From NCBI RefSeq assembly GCF_006345805.1, contig NC_043006.1, positions 7,130,001 to 7,194,000 of the forward strand: 64,000 nucleotides of DNA, in the 5' to 3' direction. The notes beneath the pieces were generated by a model that saw nothing but the letters and a program-made list of their open reading frames with translations, was not told the DNA's origin and searched no databases. Position 1 is the first letter of the stretch; each line of letters starts with the position of its first letter. The stretch is from Octopus sinensis. Taxonomy: Eukaryota. Shown in pieces: positions 13,187 to 25,345 of the stretch. Both the position numbers and the translations under genes were made by a program.

Positions 13187-13924
13187 TTGCACCCAGAACT
13201 CGCAGAATTTTCATTCTGTACTCAAGAATACTTCGCTATTATATTGGCATCGTTTACGATGAGCTCTGCAACGAATATATATAAAAAAATCTATCTACCA
13301 TCTCCTCCTCTTCTTCCCTCTCCTCTTCCACCCCTCCTTTTCGTCATTATCATCATCATCATCATCGTCAATTTACCCTTTATTTCCGTACCACTAATAA
13401 TATTGAAAATATTATAGAAGAAAATAGCGGTTTGATACATTTTAAATAACTAATGTTATAAAAATATGAATTGATGAAATCAGCCAATATAATTCATGAA
13501 CTGTAGCGAGGAAAATTGCATCGCACATAATAGGGAATAAAATGTCAAACACACAACACAATCAAATATGAAAGTCTATAAAAGAAAAAAATGTTAGGGA
13601 AAATAGACATTATAAGTTGTATATACCAAGGTAATTGTAGCAAAACGAATAAAAAAGATGTTGCAATTATAATGTATTGTGTTGAATGGAAATGTGAAGA
13701 ATATACTTCTTTTTTTTTTAACAAGAAAGAAAGGAATTTATATACAATACGAAATTTGTATTTACTATAATGATAACGTTTATCATATATGGAAGTATGA
13801 AATGCATAATCCGCCCTCTATTCAACATCTGACAACACTAAAGCCTGTGTGGGGAGAGATACATTGTTTTAGATGTTATTGTTATTGCTAAATAAGTATA
13901 CTGAATATTAACAACTGCATATAT

Positions 13925-13970
<46 letters not shown>

Positions 13971-14052
13971 ATATAGATAGATAGATAGAGAGATAGATAG
14001 ATATAGATATATAGATATATATGTATATATATATATACATACATACATGCAC

Positions 14053-14085
<33 letters not shown>

Positions 14086-14120
14086 CATATATACATATAT
14101 AATATTTATATATATATATG

Positions 14121-14164
<44 letters not shown>

Positions 14165-14169
14165 CACTT

Positions 14170-14360
14170 CTTTCAGTCACTTTACACCAGCCATGATGGG
14201 GCACTGCTTTGAAGGGTTTTAACCAAAAACCAAAATCGACACGAGAATTTTTTTAAAGGCTGGTACTTATGCTATCAGTGTGTTTTTGTCGAACTGCAAT
14301 TTACAGGGACGAAGGCAGAGCAACACCGGTTGTCAGGTGCTCGTGGTGGGTGGGAACAAG
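14170..14360 (-). mobile_element. Diverged family F SINE 3' part
   Basis: CAGCCATGATGGGGCACTGC...ACCGGTTGTCAGG, a degenerate match to the 48254 copy. Confidence 0.5.
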
Positions 14361-14439
14361 CACAGAATTATAGGCGCACACACACGCACATATAAATATA
14401 TGTGTTATATAAATATATATGTGTTCTATAAATATATAA

Positions 14440-14625
14440 ATTTCAACATATATATAAATATATATGTTGAAATTTATAGCAAAAACAAAAGACGAAGACA
14501 GGTGTATGAACACCAAGCGAGTGTATTAGTTTGACGCTCAGGAAAAATGTAAAGGTATTCTATATCTCGAGCCTACGCTCTTCAACAGAAATGAATAAGA
14601 GAAAATAAACAGAGAGAATGAAAAA
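14440..14625 (-). mobile_element. PLE-type short repeat, decayed copy (same family as 27770 and 42700)
   Basis: Reverse complement reads TTCTGTTGAAGAGCGTAGGCTCGAGA...CCTGAGCGTCAAACTAATACA...ACACCTGTCTTCGTCTTTTG. Confidence 0.7.
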
Positions 14626-14672
14626 GACTTGTAGTCTTCAGGGAGCATTCACATATACATACATAATATATA

Positions 14673-14723
<51 letters not shown>

Positions 14724-14734
14724 TATATATATAT

Positions 14735-15056
14735 AAAGCCTTGCACTCCGAAACCTGTTGGCAACGAAGATTTTAATACCATTTTGGCACAATGACCTCC
14801 ATTTTGTTCGTACCAAGTTTGTTCGCGCAAAGATGGTGTGAGCTATCTTCACCATTTAGCTTACTCTTCGGCTTATCCTTATATCTGACCTACGATCGAC
14901 CAACATTCCTGTGTCCACTCTCAAGTTTGCTTACATGAACGCCTTAGGTATTGTTTTGTCACACATACTGACGATATGGCCAGCCCAGCGCGATCGTGTT
15001 TGTATAAGGAAGCTTTCAATTCTACCAATCTTACACTTGCTAAACAAGTCGGAATT
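14735..15056 (-). mobile_element. RTE-clade LINE 3' fragment
   Basis: Minus translation KCKIGRIESFLIQTRSRWAGHIVSMCDKTIPKAFM..LESGHRNVGRS*VRYKDKPKSKL contains the RTE C-terminal RWAGHV and GRP..RYKD motifs. Confidence 0.8.
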
Positions 15057-15153
15057 AGAAAATTATATGTATATATATGTATATATATTGGTAAAAACTG
15101 TAAGATAACAAAAGAAAGAAAGAGACCTCCATATTATGTAAAGAGAGGAAATT

Positions 15154-15354
15154 TATCTATAAAATAATATGTACAATTACTCAATAGTCAAGATAAAACT
15201 CTGAGTTTCAGATGCCGAAGTGGAAATCCACAACACCATCTCTTTTTCAGATGGCCAGATAACCGAAGAGATGGTGTTGCGGATTTCCACTTCAGCACCT
15301 GAAACTCAGAGTTTTATCTTGACTATTGAGTAATTGTACATATTATTTTATAGA

Positions 15355-15356
<2 letters not shown>
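15154..15356. repeat. Fold-back palindrome, ~91-bp arms with 21-nt spacer
   Basis: 15154-15244 is the reverse complement of 15266-15356 with three transition mismatches. Confidence 0.93.
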
Positions 15357-15384
<28 letters not shown>

Positions 15385-15387
<3 letters not shown>

Positions 15388-15615
15388 TTCTTTACTACCC
15401 ACAAGGGGCTAAACACAGACGGGACAAACAAGGTCAGACAAACGGATTAAGTCGATTATATCGACCCCAGTGTGTAACTGGTACTTAATTTATCGACCCC
15501 GAAAGGTTGAAAGGCAAAGTCGACCTCGGCGGAATTTGAACTCGGAACGTGACGACAGACGAAATACAGCTACGCATTTCGCCCGGCGTGCTAACGTTTC
15601 TGCCAGCTCGCCGCC
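15385..15615 (-). mobile_element. Family A SINE, full length
   Basis: Reverse-complement copy, 3' end abutting a (TA)n tract. Confidence 0.9.
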
Positions 15616-15618
15616 TTT

Positions 15619-16247
15619 ATATAAATAAAAAAGGCAGGCAACGGGTTGCTTAGCCACATACCGAAAAATTAGAAATAGTAGTCAAAGACTGTTTATTTCT
15701 ATTTTCTACAAATGAGACTCCACATACATACCGAAATATACCCGTAAATAATTGTTGTCTTTTTTAAAACCATTAAATCTATTATTTACTCATATTATTA
15801 ATTGGAAATTTTACTCCCTTACGACAAGCCATAGTTTCTATCTCTAAGGAACTATTTTTGTAATACGCATGGTAAAATTTTGGAGGAAAATTTGCGGATT
15901 CAATCGTCTATATAGGTTTGGCCTATGCTTGCTTTCTTCCACTATTTCGATGTCGCCTGATCAAGAAGTGGAGGTACGTAGCATTTGAGAAATCTATTTT
16001 AGTGGAGGTTTACGCTGATGAAAAGCATGGAATTTATATTACATTATATTCCTAATCTAGAAACGCGTTCGTAAATAACCGTTAGACTTTGCTTTCGTTA
16101 TTTCTTCCTTCTGTTTTGCATACGTGAATTACAGGGATATGTCGTATGTGGAGTATCATTTGTAGAAAATAGAAATAAACAGTCTGCTATTTCAAATTTT
16201 TTCGGTATGTGGCTAAGCAATCTGTTGCCTGCCTCTTTTATTTATAT
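15619..16247 (+). mobile_element. Non-autonomous element with ~110-bp terminal inverted repeats and an internal hammerhead-like motif
   Basis: Left arm ATAAATAAAAAAGGCAGGCAAC...CTCCACATAC (15619-15727) is the imperfect reverse complement of 16144-16247. Confidence 0.85.
16009..16075 (+). ncRNA. Putative minimal type-I hammerhead ribozyme with decayed stem II
   Basis: Stem I TTTACG/CGTAAA, core CTGATGA (16015-21), GAAA (16060-63), palindromic ACGCGT stem III, GUU triplet. Stem II only partly paired (GGAAT/ATTCC). Confidence 0.55.
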
Positions 16248-16367
16248 GCAAAATATATATTGAACTTTTTTATAAAAGTTCCTACCGTTAATGGTTATAT
16301 TTACATGGCAAAATTTACCAGTAAATAATTGTTGGTTTTTTAAAAACCATCAAAGCTATTATTTACT

Positions 16368-16411
<44 letters not shown>

Positions 16412-16415
<4 letters not shown>

Positions 16416-16591
16416 ACTGGGTTATTTTGTGCTTAAGTGGGTTGTATTTATCTATCTTTTCGCCTTCCTCCTCGACTATTCGTGGGTTAAAGTGGAATGC
16501 AACATCAACTATAGCATATGTTGTACATCTATCCACCGCCACTAGGTCCGGTCTGATATTCTCTAGCACCTGTTTCGATTGGGAAATCCCG
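16412..16591 (-). mobile_element. RLE-type non-LTR retrotransposon fragment (R4/Dong-like)
   Basis: RDFPIET..VLENIRPDLVAVDR...IVDVAFHFNPRIVEEEGEKIDKYNPL matches the PD..D/E restriction-like endonuclease pattern (RPD, IDVA, EK..KY..L). Confidence 0.8.
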
Positions 16592-16658
16592 ATTATTACT
16601 ATTATTATTATTATTATTATTATATTATTATTATTATATTATTATTATTATTATTATT

Positions 16659-16689
<31 letters not shown>

Positions 16690-16754
16690 TAATAATAATA
16701 ACAATAATAATAATAATAATAATATTAATAATAATAATAATAATAGTAATAATG

Positions 16755-16787
<33 letters not shown>

Positions 16788-16868
16788 TAATAATAATAAT
16801 AATATAATAATATAACAATAATAATAATAATAATAATATTAATAATAATAATAATAATAGTAATAATG

Positions 16869-16925
<57 letters not shown>
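16591..16925. repeat. (TTA)n followed by (TAA)n microsatellite
   Basis: Directly visible; orientation switch at 16660/16661. Confidence 0.95.
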
Positions 16926-17406
16926 TCGTAAAAGTAGGCTTTTAAGCTAGCTCCTGTGAAGGGCTCTTCATTGGGCCTTGGGACCAACAATTACACTTCA
17001 TGTATTGAGAATATATTATATCTTATTAAACTTGACCAATATTTTTCAAGCAATGAACAATTTTCATCAAAACAATGACATAATTTGTCTACTTGGAACT
17101 TATTGCAAAGCTTCATAATAAACAACATTTTTTCCCTTCCCATTCAGGGGTCAGTACAATTTTTTCTGTATAACTTCTTTCTATCTCTCTCTCTTTCTCG
17201 CTATCTCTCTTTCTGTTGATTGTTTTCAACCATCACCATCGCAAGTACCGCTACCATCGCCACCACAACTGGCGTACACACACCATTCAGATTTCTGACG
17301 CCACCACTATCAATACCTTTGACTTCGCTACCTTCCCCTCCACTACAATCACCACTGTCTTCCACATCGCTTACTCTCACCGTCATCCCTGATTGCCTCA
17401 GCTAAC

Positions 17407-17510
17407 ACCACCACCACCACCACCACCTCCCCCACCACCACCACACCACCACCACCACCACCACCACCACCACCACCACCACCACCACCTCCACCACCAC
17501 CACCACCACT
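17407..17510. repeat. (CAC)n microsatellite in low-complexity sequence
   Basis: Directly visible; source of the poly-H, poly-P and poly-G ORFs. Confidence 0.95.
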
Positions 17511-17758
17511 ATCATCACCGTCGCCACCGCCTCCGTTACAACTACAGCTCATACTATTACTATCAGCTCATACTGTTACTATCACCTCATTACCATCACA
17601 ACAGTCAAGCTACAATCGTCTCTATGCTTGCTTTTACTCTCACCTCATCATGAGCAATAGTAGAAGTGTCATTGAATAGTGAGAGTGGTGTTTCAAGTGT
17701 GACACACTCACACACAGAAATTCGTTTTGGCATTTATTATTATAGATTATTAAATTAA

Positions 17759-17970
17759 GGCGGAGAACTGGCAGAATCATTAGCACACCGGGTGAAATGC
17801 TTAGCGCCATTTCGTCCGCCTTGATGTTCTGAGTTCAAATTCCACTGAGGTCGACTTTGCCTTTCATCCTTCGGGGTCGAGAAATGAAGTACCATTTAAA
17901 CACTGGGGTCGATGTGATCGACTATCCCCTCCCTAAATTTCAGACCTTGTATCTATAGTAGAAATGATTA
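17759..17970 (+). mobile_element. SINE, family B (family A head/core, different tail)
   Basis: GGCGGAGAACTGGCAG head, GTCGACTTTGCCTTTCATCC core, tail CCCCTCCCTAAATTTCAGACCTTGTATCTATAGTAGAAA. Confidence 0.85.
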
Positions 17971-18015
17971 TGATCATTACTACTACTACACCTGCTGCTG
18001 CTGTAGCTGCTGCCG

Positions 18016-18071
<56 letters not shown>

Positions 18072-18073
<2 letters not shown>

Positions 18074-18256
18074 ACATCAATTAGAAAGCATTTTTTTTCT
18101 TCATGATCTCTGACAACTATATCTGGTCTGTTGGCCTTAATTTCTCTATCTGTGTGTATCGGCATATCCCAGAGTATGGTTGCTTTCTCGTTTTCTGTGA
18201 CCTTTTCTGGTGTGTGCCTATACCATCTTTTTTCTGTTGTTATTCCATAATGTTTA
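18072..18256 (-). mobile_element. RLE-type non-LTR retrotransposon fragment (R4/Dong-like)
   Basis: Minus translation HYGITTEKRWYRHTPEKVTENEKATILWDMPIHTDREIKANRPDIVVRDHEEKKCFLIDV (WD.PI.TD..I.ANRPDIV motif). Confidence 0.85.
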
Positions 18257-18271
18257 TTATTATTATTATTA

Positions 18272-18310
<39 letters not shown>

Positions 18311-18394
18311 CATCATCATCATCATCATCCTCATCATCATTATCATCCTCATCATCATTATCATCATCATCATCATTATTAAAATTGTGAGTGT

Positions 18395-18590
18395 GACGTG
18401 CAAAATTTTAGCAGTATTGTCAAGGTGTTTGCTTTCTGCGTTCAAATACCGACGAAGTCGACTTTGCAGTTTATCCTTTCAGGGTCGATGAAATAGTACT
18501 AGTTAAGTGTCACGTGAGTTGTAATCAAAGGCACCCTTCCCCAATATGTCAGTCCTGAACCTGTAGACGGTGGAGATTATTATTTTCGCT
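18395..18590 (+). mobile_element. Highly diverged family A/B SINE
   Basis: TTCAAATACCGACGAAGTCGACTTTGCAGTTTATCCTTTCAGGGTCGATGAAAT core remnant. Confidence 0.55.
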
Positions 18591-20340
18591 TTCATTTTTG
18601 TGTTGATGATTGTGTTTACGTGACATTATATTTCACCGTTTTCTATAATTTCCTAAACTCCCTTTGAGCAATGCCGTCATCATATCAACATGTGTTTCAA
18701 TAATCTGCTGACAAAAGCGAACTTTTCATAAACTTATTGAAGGTACATCGCACTACTTTAGAAAGCTGCTTTTTCATCAAATTTATCAAGTTTAAGCTTT
18801 TCATTACTTTATTGGGCTAATTTTGTTATGCAATTTTGCTTGAATTATTCAAACTAGCTACTTCAGAATATTTTCTACTCTACATCGAGAATTGCGTGTC
18901 GCTAGATAAATCGTTTCTATAGCTAATGTTTGTCTCAAGACCAGTATATATCCAATTATTTCTAATTCTTTTTAGATCCTATTAATTATAATGTATTTTT
19001 AAACTCTTGATTGATTATTTAAAAACCTGCCATGAATGTATAGATCTAAGATCAAATTCACTAACAGAAATGGCCGTTCTATCATTTTAGAAAGCTAAGT
19101 AAAACTGCACTGTCTGCTACTTTCCCCGAGAGAGAAGTATTTCATTTGAGAGAGAGAGATTCAGCTGTTATTTCTTCCATACTGAGAAACACTATAGCAG
19201 CTCCCTCGTTGGCTTGTACCAGCTAAAGACCTTACATTATATCTCAGTTAGTCTTCAGGGACAGTACATTTCAGAAAGGAGAAAGAGAAGAACAGAAGGT
19301 GGTTGAAAAGATATAGTGAAACATACAGTACGTAGATAGCGAACAAGAGAAAGAATAGCATGAAATTCTAAAGCTTTTGAGATTTTTATCTCTGATCTCT
19401 GCAAGTAACCATCGTGAATTTATTTCTACCTGTACAACGATTCTGTAATAGCTCAGATAACCTTTCAACGATAATTAAAGAGTTTCGCCCATTGTATTTT
19501 GTTCGTACGCTGTATAAGAGCTCATTATTTCTATGTGAAAAACCATGAATCAATTCTATGATGGCAGCTCTCAGATCGGAATCTTTGCGTGTTTTAGATA
19601 CTTCTGTGCTTTGTGCATTGTACCTTATTTAATCTTCAATCACTGATGCAATATAACTTAACTAAACCAGATTCTTCAGTCAATGTACCTATATGTGATA
19701 CGAGGAATCTTCATGCTTTCATAAAATTTGCTGATAACATTGAGCTGAAAGTCCTGCAATTGTTTATATATTTTCATATATTATTCGTAGGTTCAACAGA
19801 CAAAGGTTTCCACTCTCCTTCTTTCTCTCTACCTCTCTCTCTCTCACTCTTTTATTCACTCAATTTCAATCCCTCTAACTCCACACATACACTCCCACAC
19901 AAACACACATGTTTGTGTGTATATGTGTGTACATATGTGTGTATGTGCGTATAAATTATATATGTATATAATATATATATATTTATATATATATATATTT
20001 ATATATATATATATATATATATGCATATGTATATTCATATATGCATATATAAATATAGAGAGAGAGAGGGTGAGAGAGAGAGGGTGAGAGAGAGAGAGGG
20101 TGAGAGAGAGAGAGGAGATTGATACGTATAGCATATACGTGAACATATATATAGAGAGAGCAATAAGAAAATGGAGGGGATCAATAGGTGGTTCATCAAC
20201 TTTTAGACATTATATTATGTCAATTTATTTATTTATTTACTAAAATGACAATTACAAGAATATACATACATGTATAACACATTATGCTTTACATATAAAA
20301 TATATAAGGATACCAGTAATTATTAAAATGTAACATACTG

Positions 20341-20376
<36 letters not shown>

Positions 20377-22510
20377 TCTTATACTTCGCAGAATTCCCAT
20401 GTTCCACAAAATATTGTCCTTAATGGGTCCTAATAGGACATATATTTTGTTTGTTTTCTTTTTCCCCGACAGTCTGTGGACCCTTGCCGAATGCTTTTAT
20501 TTTTACAGGAAATCAAGAATGTGAATGCTCCCCATCACATTCTTAATAGTCCAGCAAAGCCTGCTAAGAGATAGAGAGAGGAAAAGAGCTGTAGGGAGGA
20601 AAAAAGATGCAGAGAGGTAGAAAGGAGGAGAGAGGTGCAGATCAACTCCTGTACTTGACTGGCATGTTATTCGACGAACCCGGAGAGAATAAAACACAAA
20701 ATGGACCTGGATTTCATTTGAACTCAGATCTAATGAACAACAGACATAATCTTGTAACCACTCCAGTTTAGATAAAGGTTACGTATGCGATATTGCAGCT
20801 AATTGTATCTTTTCCTCTCCTAATTCAGCGAATGTTTAGAACTGATAAAACCGTATCTCTTCTTTTTTCTCCCCTCTTTCATCTAACGTATCTCTTAATA
20901 TTTCTTGAGGTATCTTCTCACGTCCTTTCTCTTATACACATTTCTCTGTCCATTCATTCTTTTACCCTTCTTCCGTCTACGCTTCTATCTCACTGTTTCT
21001 TTCATTTCTAGAGTTATTTCTAAATACGTTGTCAACAGTTAAGCACTTTAAAAAATATTAATTTAAAAAAATTTTAGAATCACAGTATTTGTAATCCTCT
21101 TTTTTGATCAAATATACAGGAGCATTATCAACTAATTACTTAAAGCATTTAGTCAGGGAACGGTAACGTGAAACACGGTAGAACCTCGGTGTAAAATCTA
21201 AATATTGATAATTGTCGTGATTATTAAAGCTACTTAATGTATTAATTACTTGACCATGTTTTTATATATGCCTCTGTTACATTCTTGCGTGCACGTACGT
21301 ATATCTCGTCAACAAAAATGGCATAAATTAACTTCAGGATTATTAAATTTCTTAGAGAAGCCTGCTATACATCAGAATTAATGTAAGAAGATAGCTTTCT
21401 GGTCTGATAGCATGGAATGTTCTTCTGCTGAACAACAAAAGGACGAACATATCTAAGAGGGGAACAAATGAAATTAATGCATTTTATGAATGCTAATTCA
21501 AATTGTGTTTGACATGATGATATTATGTGCAAGTATTTTAGTATATTCATTTGTGAAACACACTCTAAAAACGAAGCTGAAAGAAGACATGAAACAGTAG
21601 CACTGTTTCGATAAAAACGAAGACCGAATTGAACCTTATCGTGTTACAAGACAGTTAACGACGTCGATGTTATACGGAATAAAATGCGAAGGCTTGCTTT
21701 GTAATGGAGAGATCAATTCTAACTGAGTTTTCCGGTTTATAGGCTGCGTAATTTTGTTCAGTGAACAATACGTCAAACGACCGACTGAAAAGTATAGGTG
21801 AAGGGGATATAGTGCTAATATCTATTCTACACGCTTTTTATAAATCAAAATATTTCATCATTGCCAAAATATCTTAGATTTAATGTGAAGGACAAATGAA
21901 TGTATCAAATGATTGAAAAGACTTATTAGTTCTGTGTTCAGGAACGTTCGTCAATATATTTCCATAAATTCGTCTAATTTACGAAAGACTTATAATTAAA
22001 ATGCTGCTAGATAATAAATACATGTGAATAGTGTGATTCCAAGGCACTTAAATATTGTTCTCTTGTAAGAAGTGCTTTCTACGGAAACTCAGGTTGGCAG
22101 AGCTCGAAGATTTTCATATGGTAACATTTTCTAAAGTAAGGATCCCAGATCTTCATAAATATAACAAAGATTTTCTACTGACATCAATTACCATTTTGCA
22201 ATGCTTCTTAGGCAGTTATAATACCCTCTAGAAATATTCTACACAACAAATATCATTAGATAGCAGAAGACGGATATTCTTACACATAATAATATGAATA
22301 TGAATAACTCTTCGTCCCTATGGGGAAGAGGATAACTTCAGTGTCGCCTAACATATTGTTTATGTGCATTAGTTGATAATAATGTCTGTTTATTTTATCT
22401 CGTTTGAGGTGTCTCACGCTTACGACATTTTAGGTAGATAGATATACATCCATATATATATATAAACAGGCAGATAGGCAGACAGACAGAGAGTCATATA
22501 TACATATATA

Positions 22511-22598
22511 CACTAGGGGTGTATGAAAACTTTTGAGCCTTGAAGTCTTGCACCATGTCTTTTTTTTGAGGCGCAAGACTTTTCATACACTCCTTGCA
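22511..22598. mobile_element. Mini MITE (~88 bp) with mariner-like TIRs
   Basis: 22513-22540 vs reverse complement of 22569-22596 match 23/28; embedded in (TA)n. Confidence 0.6.
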
Positions 22599-22619
22599 TA
22601 TATATATATGTGTGTGTAT

Positions 22620-22670
<51 letters not shown>

Positions 22671-22709
22671 TATATATATGTATACATACATACATACATA
22701 CTACATACA

Positions 22710-22745
<36 letters not shown>

Positions 22746-22899
22746 TATATATACACACATACACTTTTCCGTTCGTCGGACAGCTTTGTTAAAATGGAAC
22801 AGAAATAACAATATAATGAAAACTAGTTAAAGGATACACCTTTAAAAATGGGAAATATACCAGATCGAAATCGGTATTGTTCGTAACAACGATAGTGTA

Positions 22900-23492
22900 G
22901 TTGATGAACGTAAGGCCGAATATTCGACGTTGCAAAAGGTGATGTGGCTAACCATTAGTTTGCTTTAACCTTTACACTATTACTCTCTTCGACAACCATT
23001 CCTGACCCTTTCCGCATGAATGGCAAGGATCGGAATCCTGCTGCCAAACATATGGCCGTCCTGCAGCAACGCTCTCCAGACAGAGTTTGATCACAGCCAC
23101 AGAAGCTCCACAGAGCCGTCTGAATTGAGCCGAAGTCTCTGTTCAAAAGTGTGATGAATTCTGGTCCTCGAACGCTTTCAGAGCGCTTGCTGCGCTACAG
23201 TTTTGTAGTGCCCGTTCCAGCTACCTATGTCACGTCTCACAGCCTTTACATTGTTCAAGGGGCAGTGATGAACAGTCATGATGCGGGTGTTTTAATATCC
23301 GACATGAATCATCATGTTACAGGTAATTTTTTCCAATATTGAGATAGCTTCAAGCCGTCCACCTCAACCAGCTTTTTGTCAAATACATTTTTAATATTTA
23401 AACTCTCCGACGCCATTCATTGTTCATCAATACATCAAGCTGTTTCTGAAAACACGAGACATAGAATCGTTAAATTTAGCTTGAGTACCCTG
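22900..23492 (-). mobile_element. Tc1/mariner relic, probably DD37D (maT-like), internally deleted
   Basis: Minus translation HHTFEQRLRLNSDGSVELL..VIKLCLESVAAGRPYVWQQDS. Terminus CAGGGTACTCAAG ends at 23492, next to TA. Subfamily call is from recalled motif similarity. Confidence 0.75.
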
Positions 23493-23504
23493 TATACATA
23501 TGCA

Positions 23505-23540
<36 letters not shown>

Positions 23541-25129
23541 GTGTGTGTGTGTGTGTGTGGTGTGTGTGTGTGTGTGCGCGTGCTTTAGAATCTCACAACT
23601 TCTACATTTGATCGCATATACTTCTAGACTTTCGCTCGAATAATATAATGAGATTTGCAAGTTTTGGAGTGACATTTAAGAGTAATACCTACAAGATAAT
23701 TTTGAAATTTAGACATTTCCTTTCGAAACTGATATTTAAAAAATACGGTATAGTACGTTTATTTCCATGTTGAAAATGTAACAGCATTGATAATATCAAA
23801 TGATTTCGACAGTCTGTGTAGGCTGGGGAAAATAATCAACTTTACTAGAAATATCAAATGATCGTTTCTGTTTTGTTTTTTTCTTTTAATCTACAAATGT
23901 TCGGTTCAACAATGATGTTCACCAACATCACGGTAAATGAAACTTCACCCATTTGTATGGCTTTTATTTTATATAGATATTTTTGGTTTTATTGCCTATT
24001 TTAATAAATCAATAATTTAGGAACATTTTCTATTACAGTTGAAATATATAACCACATAATAGCGATTCATAATGCGAATATGTGTTTGTGAGCGAGTGTG
24101 TGTATATGTATCTGTGTGTGTGATAACTAATACTTACATGCCACCATATTTGACTCTTTTAAAATTTTTAACTCTATATATTTCGATCTAATGATATCTA
24201 TTTCCGTAAGCTGCACTTCGAAGAAAATATTCATTAGTTTTGCTTTTCTTTTCATAACTAATACTAAAGTATGCAAGCATCGCTACCTGACAAAGACTTT
24301 ACCTTGAAACAACCTCGTTTCTGGTTCTATTTCACCATGCGACATACTAAGTTATGAATGCTATCAGAGCCTGGAGTACACCAATGTATTCTTACGTGTA
24401 ATACAGCTCGTAGTTTTATGTTTTTGTAGTCGTGTGATCAAGACTAGTCAGAACTAGTCGAGCAGTCTTGTCACCCACAGGTAATCGATCGTTTGATGTG
24501 GTGCCACCTATACGAGTGGATGCTGAAAACTTCCTGACAGCGGATAAAAGGAAATACAGGGGGAGTAATTAATTAAGATTTTATTCAACATATTTCTGGT
24601 TAAGACACACGCTTATGGCAGCGGTCCTTCAGTTTCTATACTCTCTATAAATGAACTCATAATGTTGGGTCTCTAATCATGCGTTTTGCAACACCCTAAA
24701 AGCCAGCAATTTTTTAGGACTTCCTCTTTCTTTCATCTCCTCTTACTTAAAAACATAACACTCAGTAATGCAGTGGCTAGTGTATTTAGCGCAGTGTACT
24801 TCTAAATACATTGCATTCACATAATCTCCAATCTACTTATGTAATCCATAAACTGCGATAATTGCAACAGTGTTACGGAAGCGTGCAAAATAAGCCCAGT
24901 CAATGCGTTCAAGTTCTTATTCTCAAATATTATTCTTGTTTCTGTGCGTATTAGCTCAGTGTGTTAGACGCGGCAGTCTACTTACTTTACAGCTTTTTCT
25001 GTATGTAGTGTTCCTCATATTTGCCATTGCTCATTCAGACAGAATATCTATTTAGGATAGTGTAGTACTCCAGGGCACTCTATAAAACTCTATGGGTTTG
25101 GAGGTGATTTATCACGTACGAGCAGTTAA

Positions 25130-25345
25130 GGGCTGCGCGCAAGAGACTCGTTAGAACGCCGTGCAATATACTTAGCGGCATTTAATCCGTATTTACGTCC
25201 TGAGTTCAAATTCTGCCAAGATCGACTTTCCCTTTCATTTATTTCTGGTTCAATAAAATATGTAGAAGTTGAGCACTGGGGTCGATGTAATCGACTTACT
25301 CCCCTCGCCCCGAAAATGCTGACGTTGTGATAAAATTTGAAATCG
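25130..25345 (+). mobile_element. Diverged family B SINE
   Basis: GAGTTCAAATTCTGCCAAGATCGACTTTCCCTTTCAT and CACTGGGGTCGATGTAATCGACT motifs. Confidence 0.65.

Noticed and set aside
19421-19521. Minus-strand exon candidate RNNELLYSVRTKYNGRNSLIIVERLSELLQNRCT
   Set aside because: Isolated, modest donor (GTAGAA), no compatible neighbouring exon and no recognised homology.
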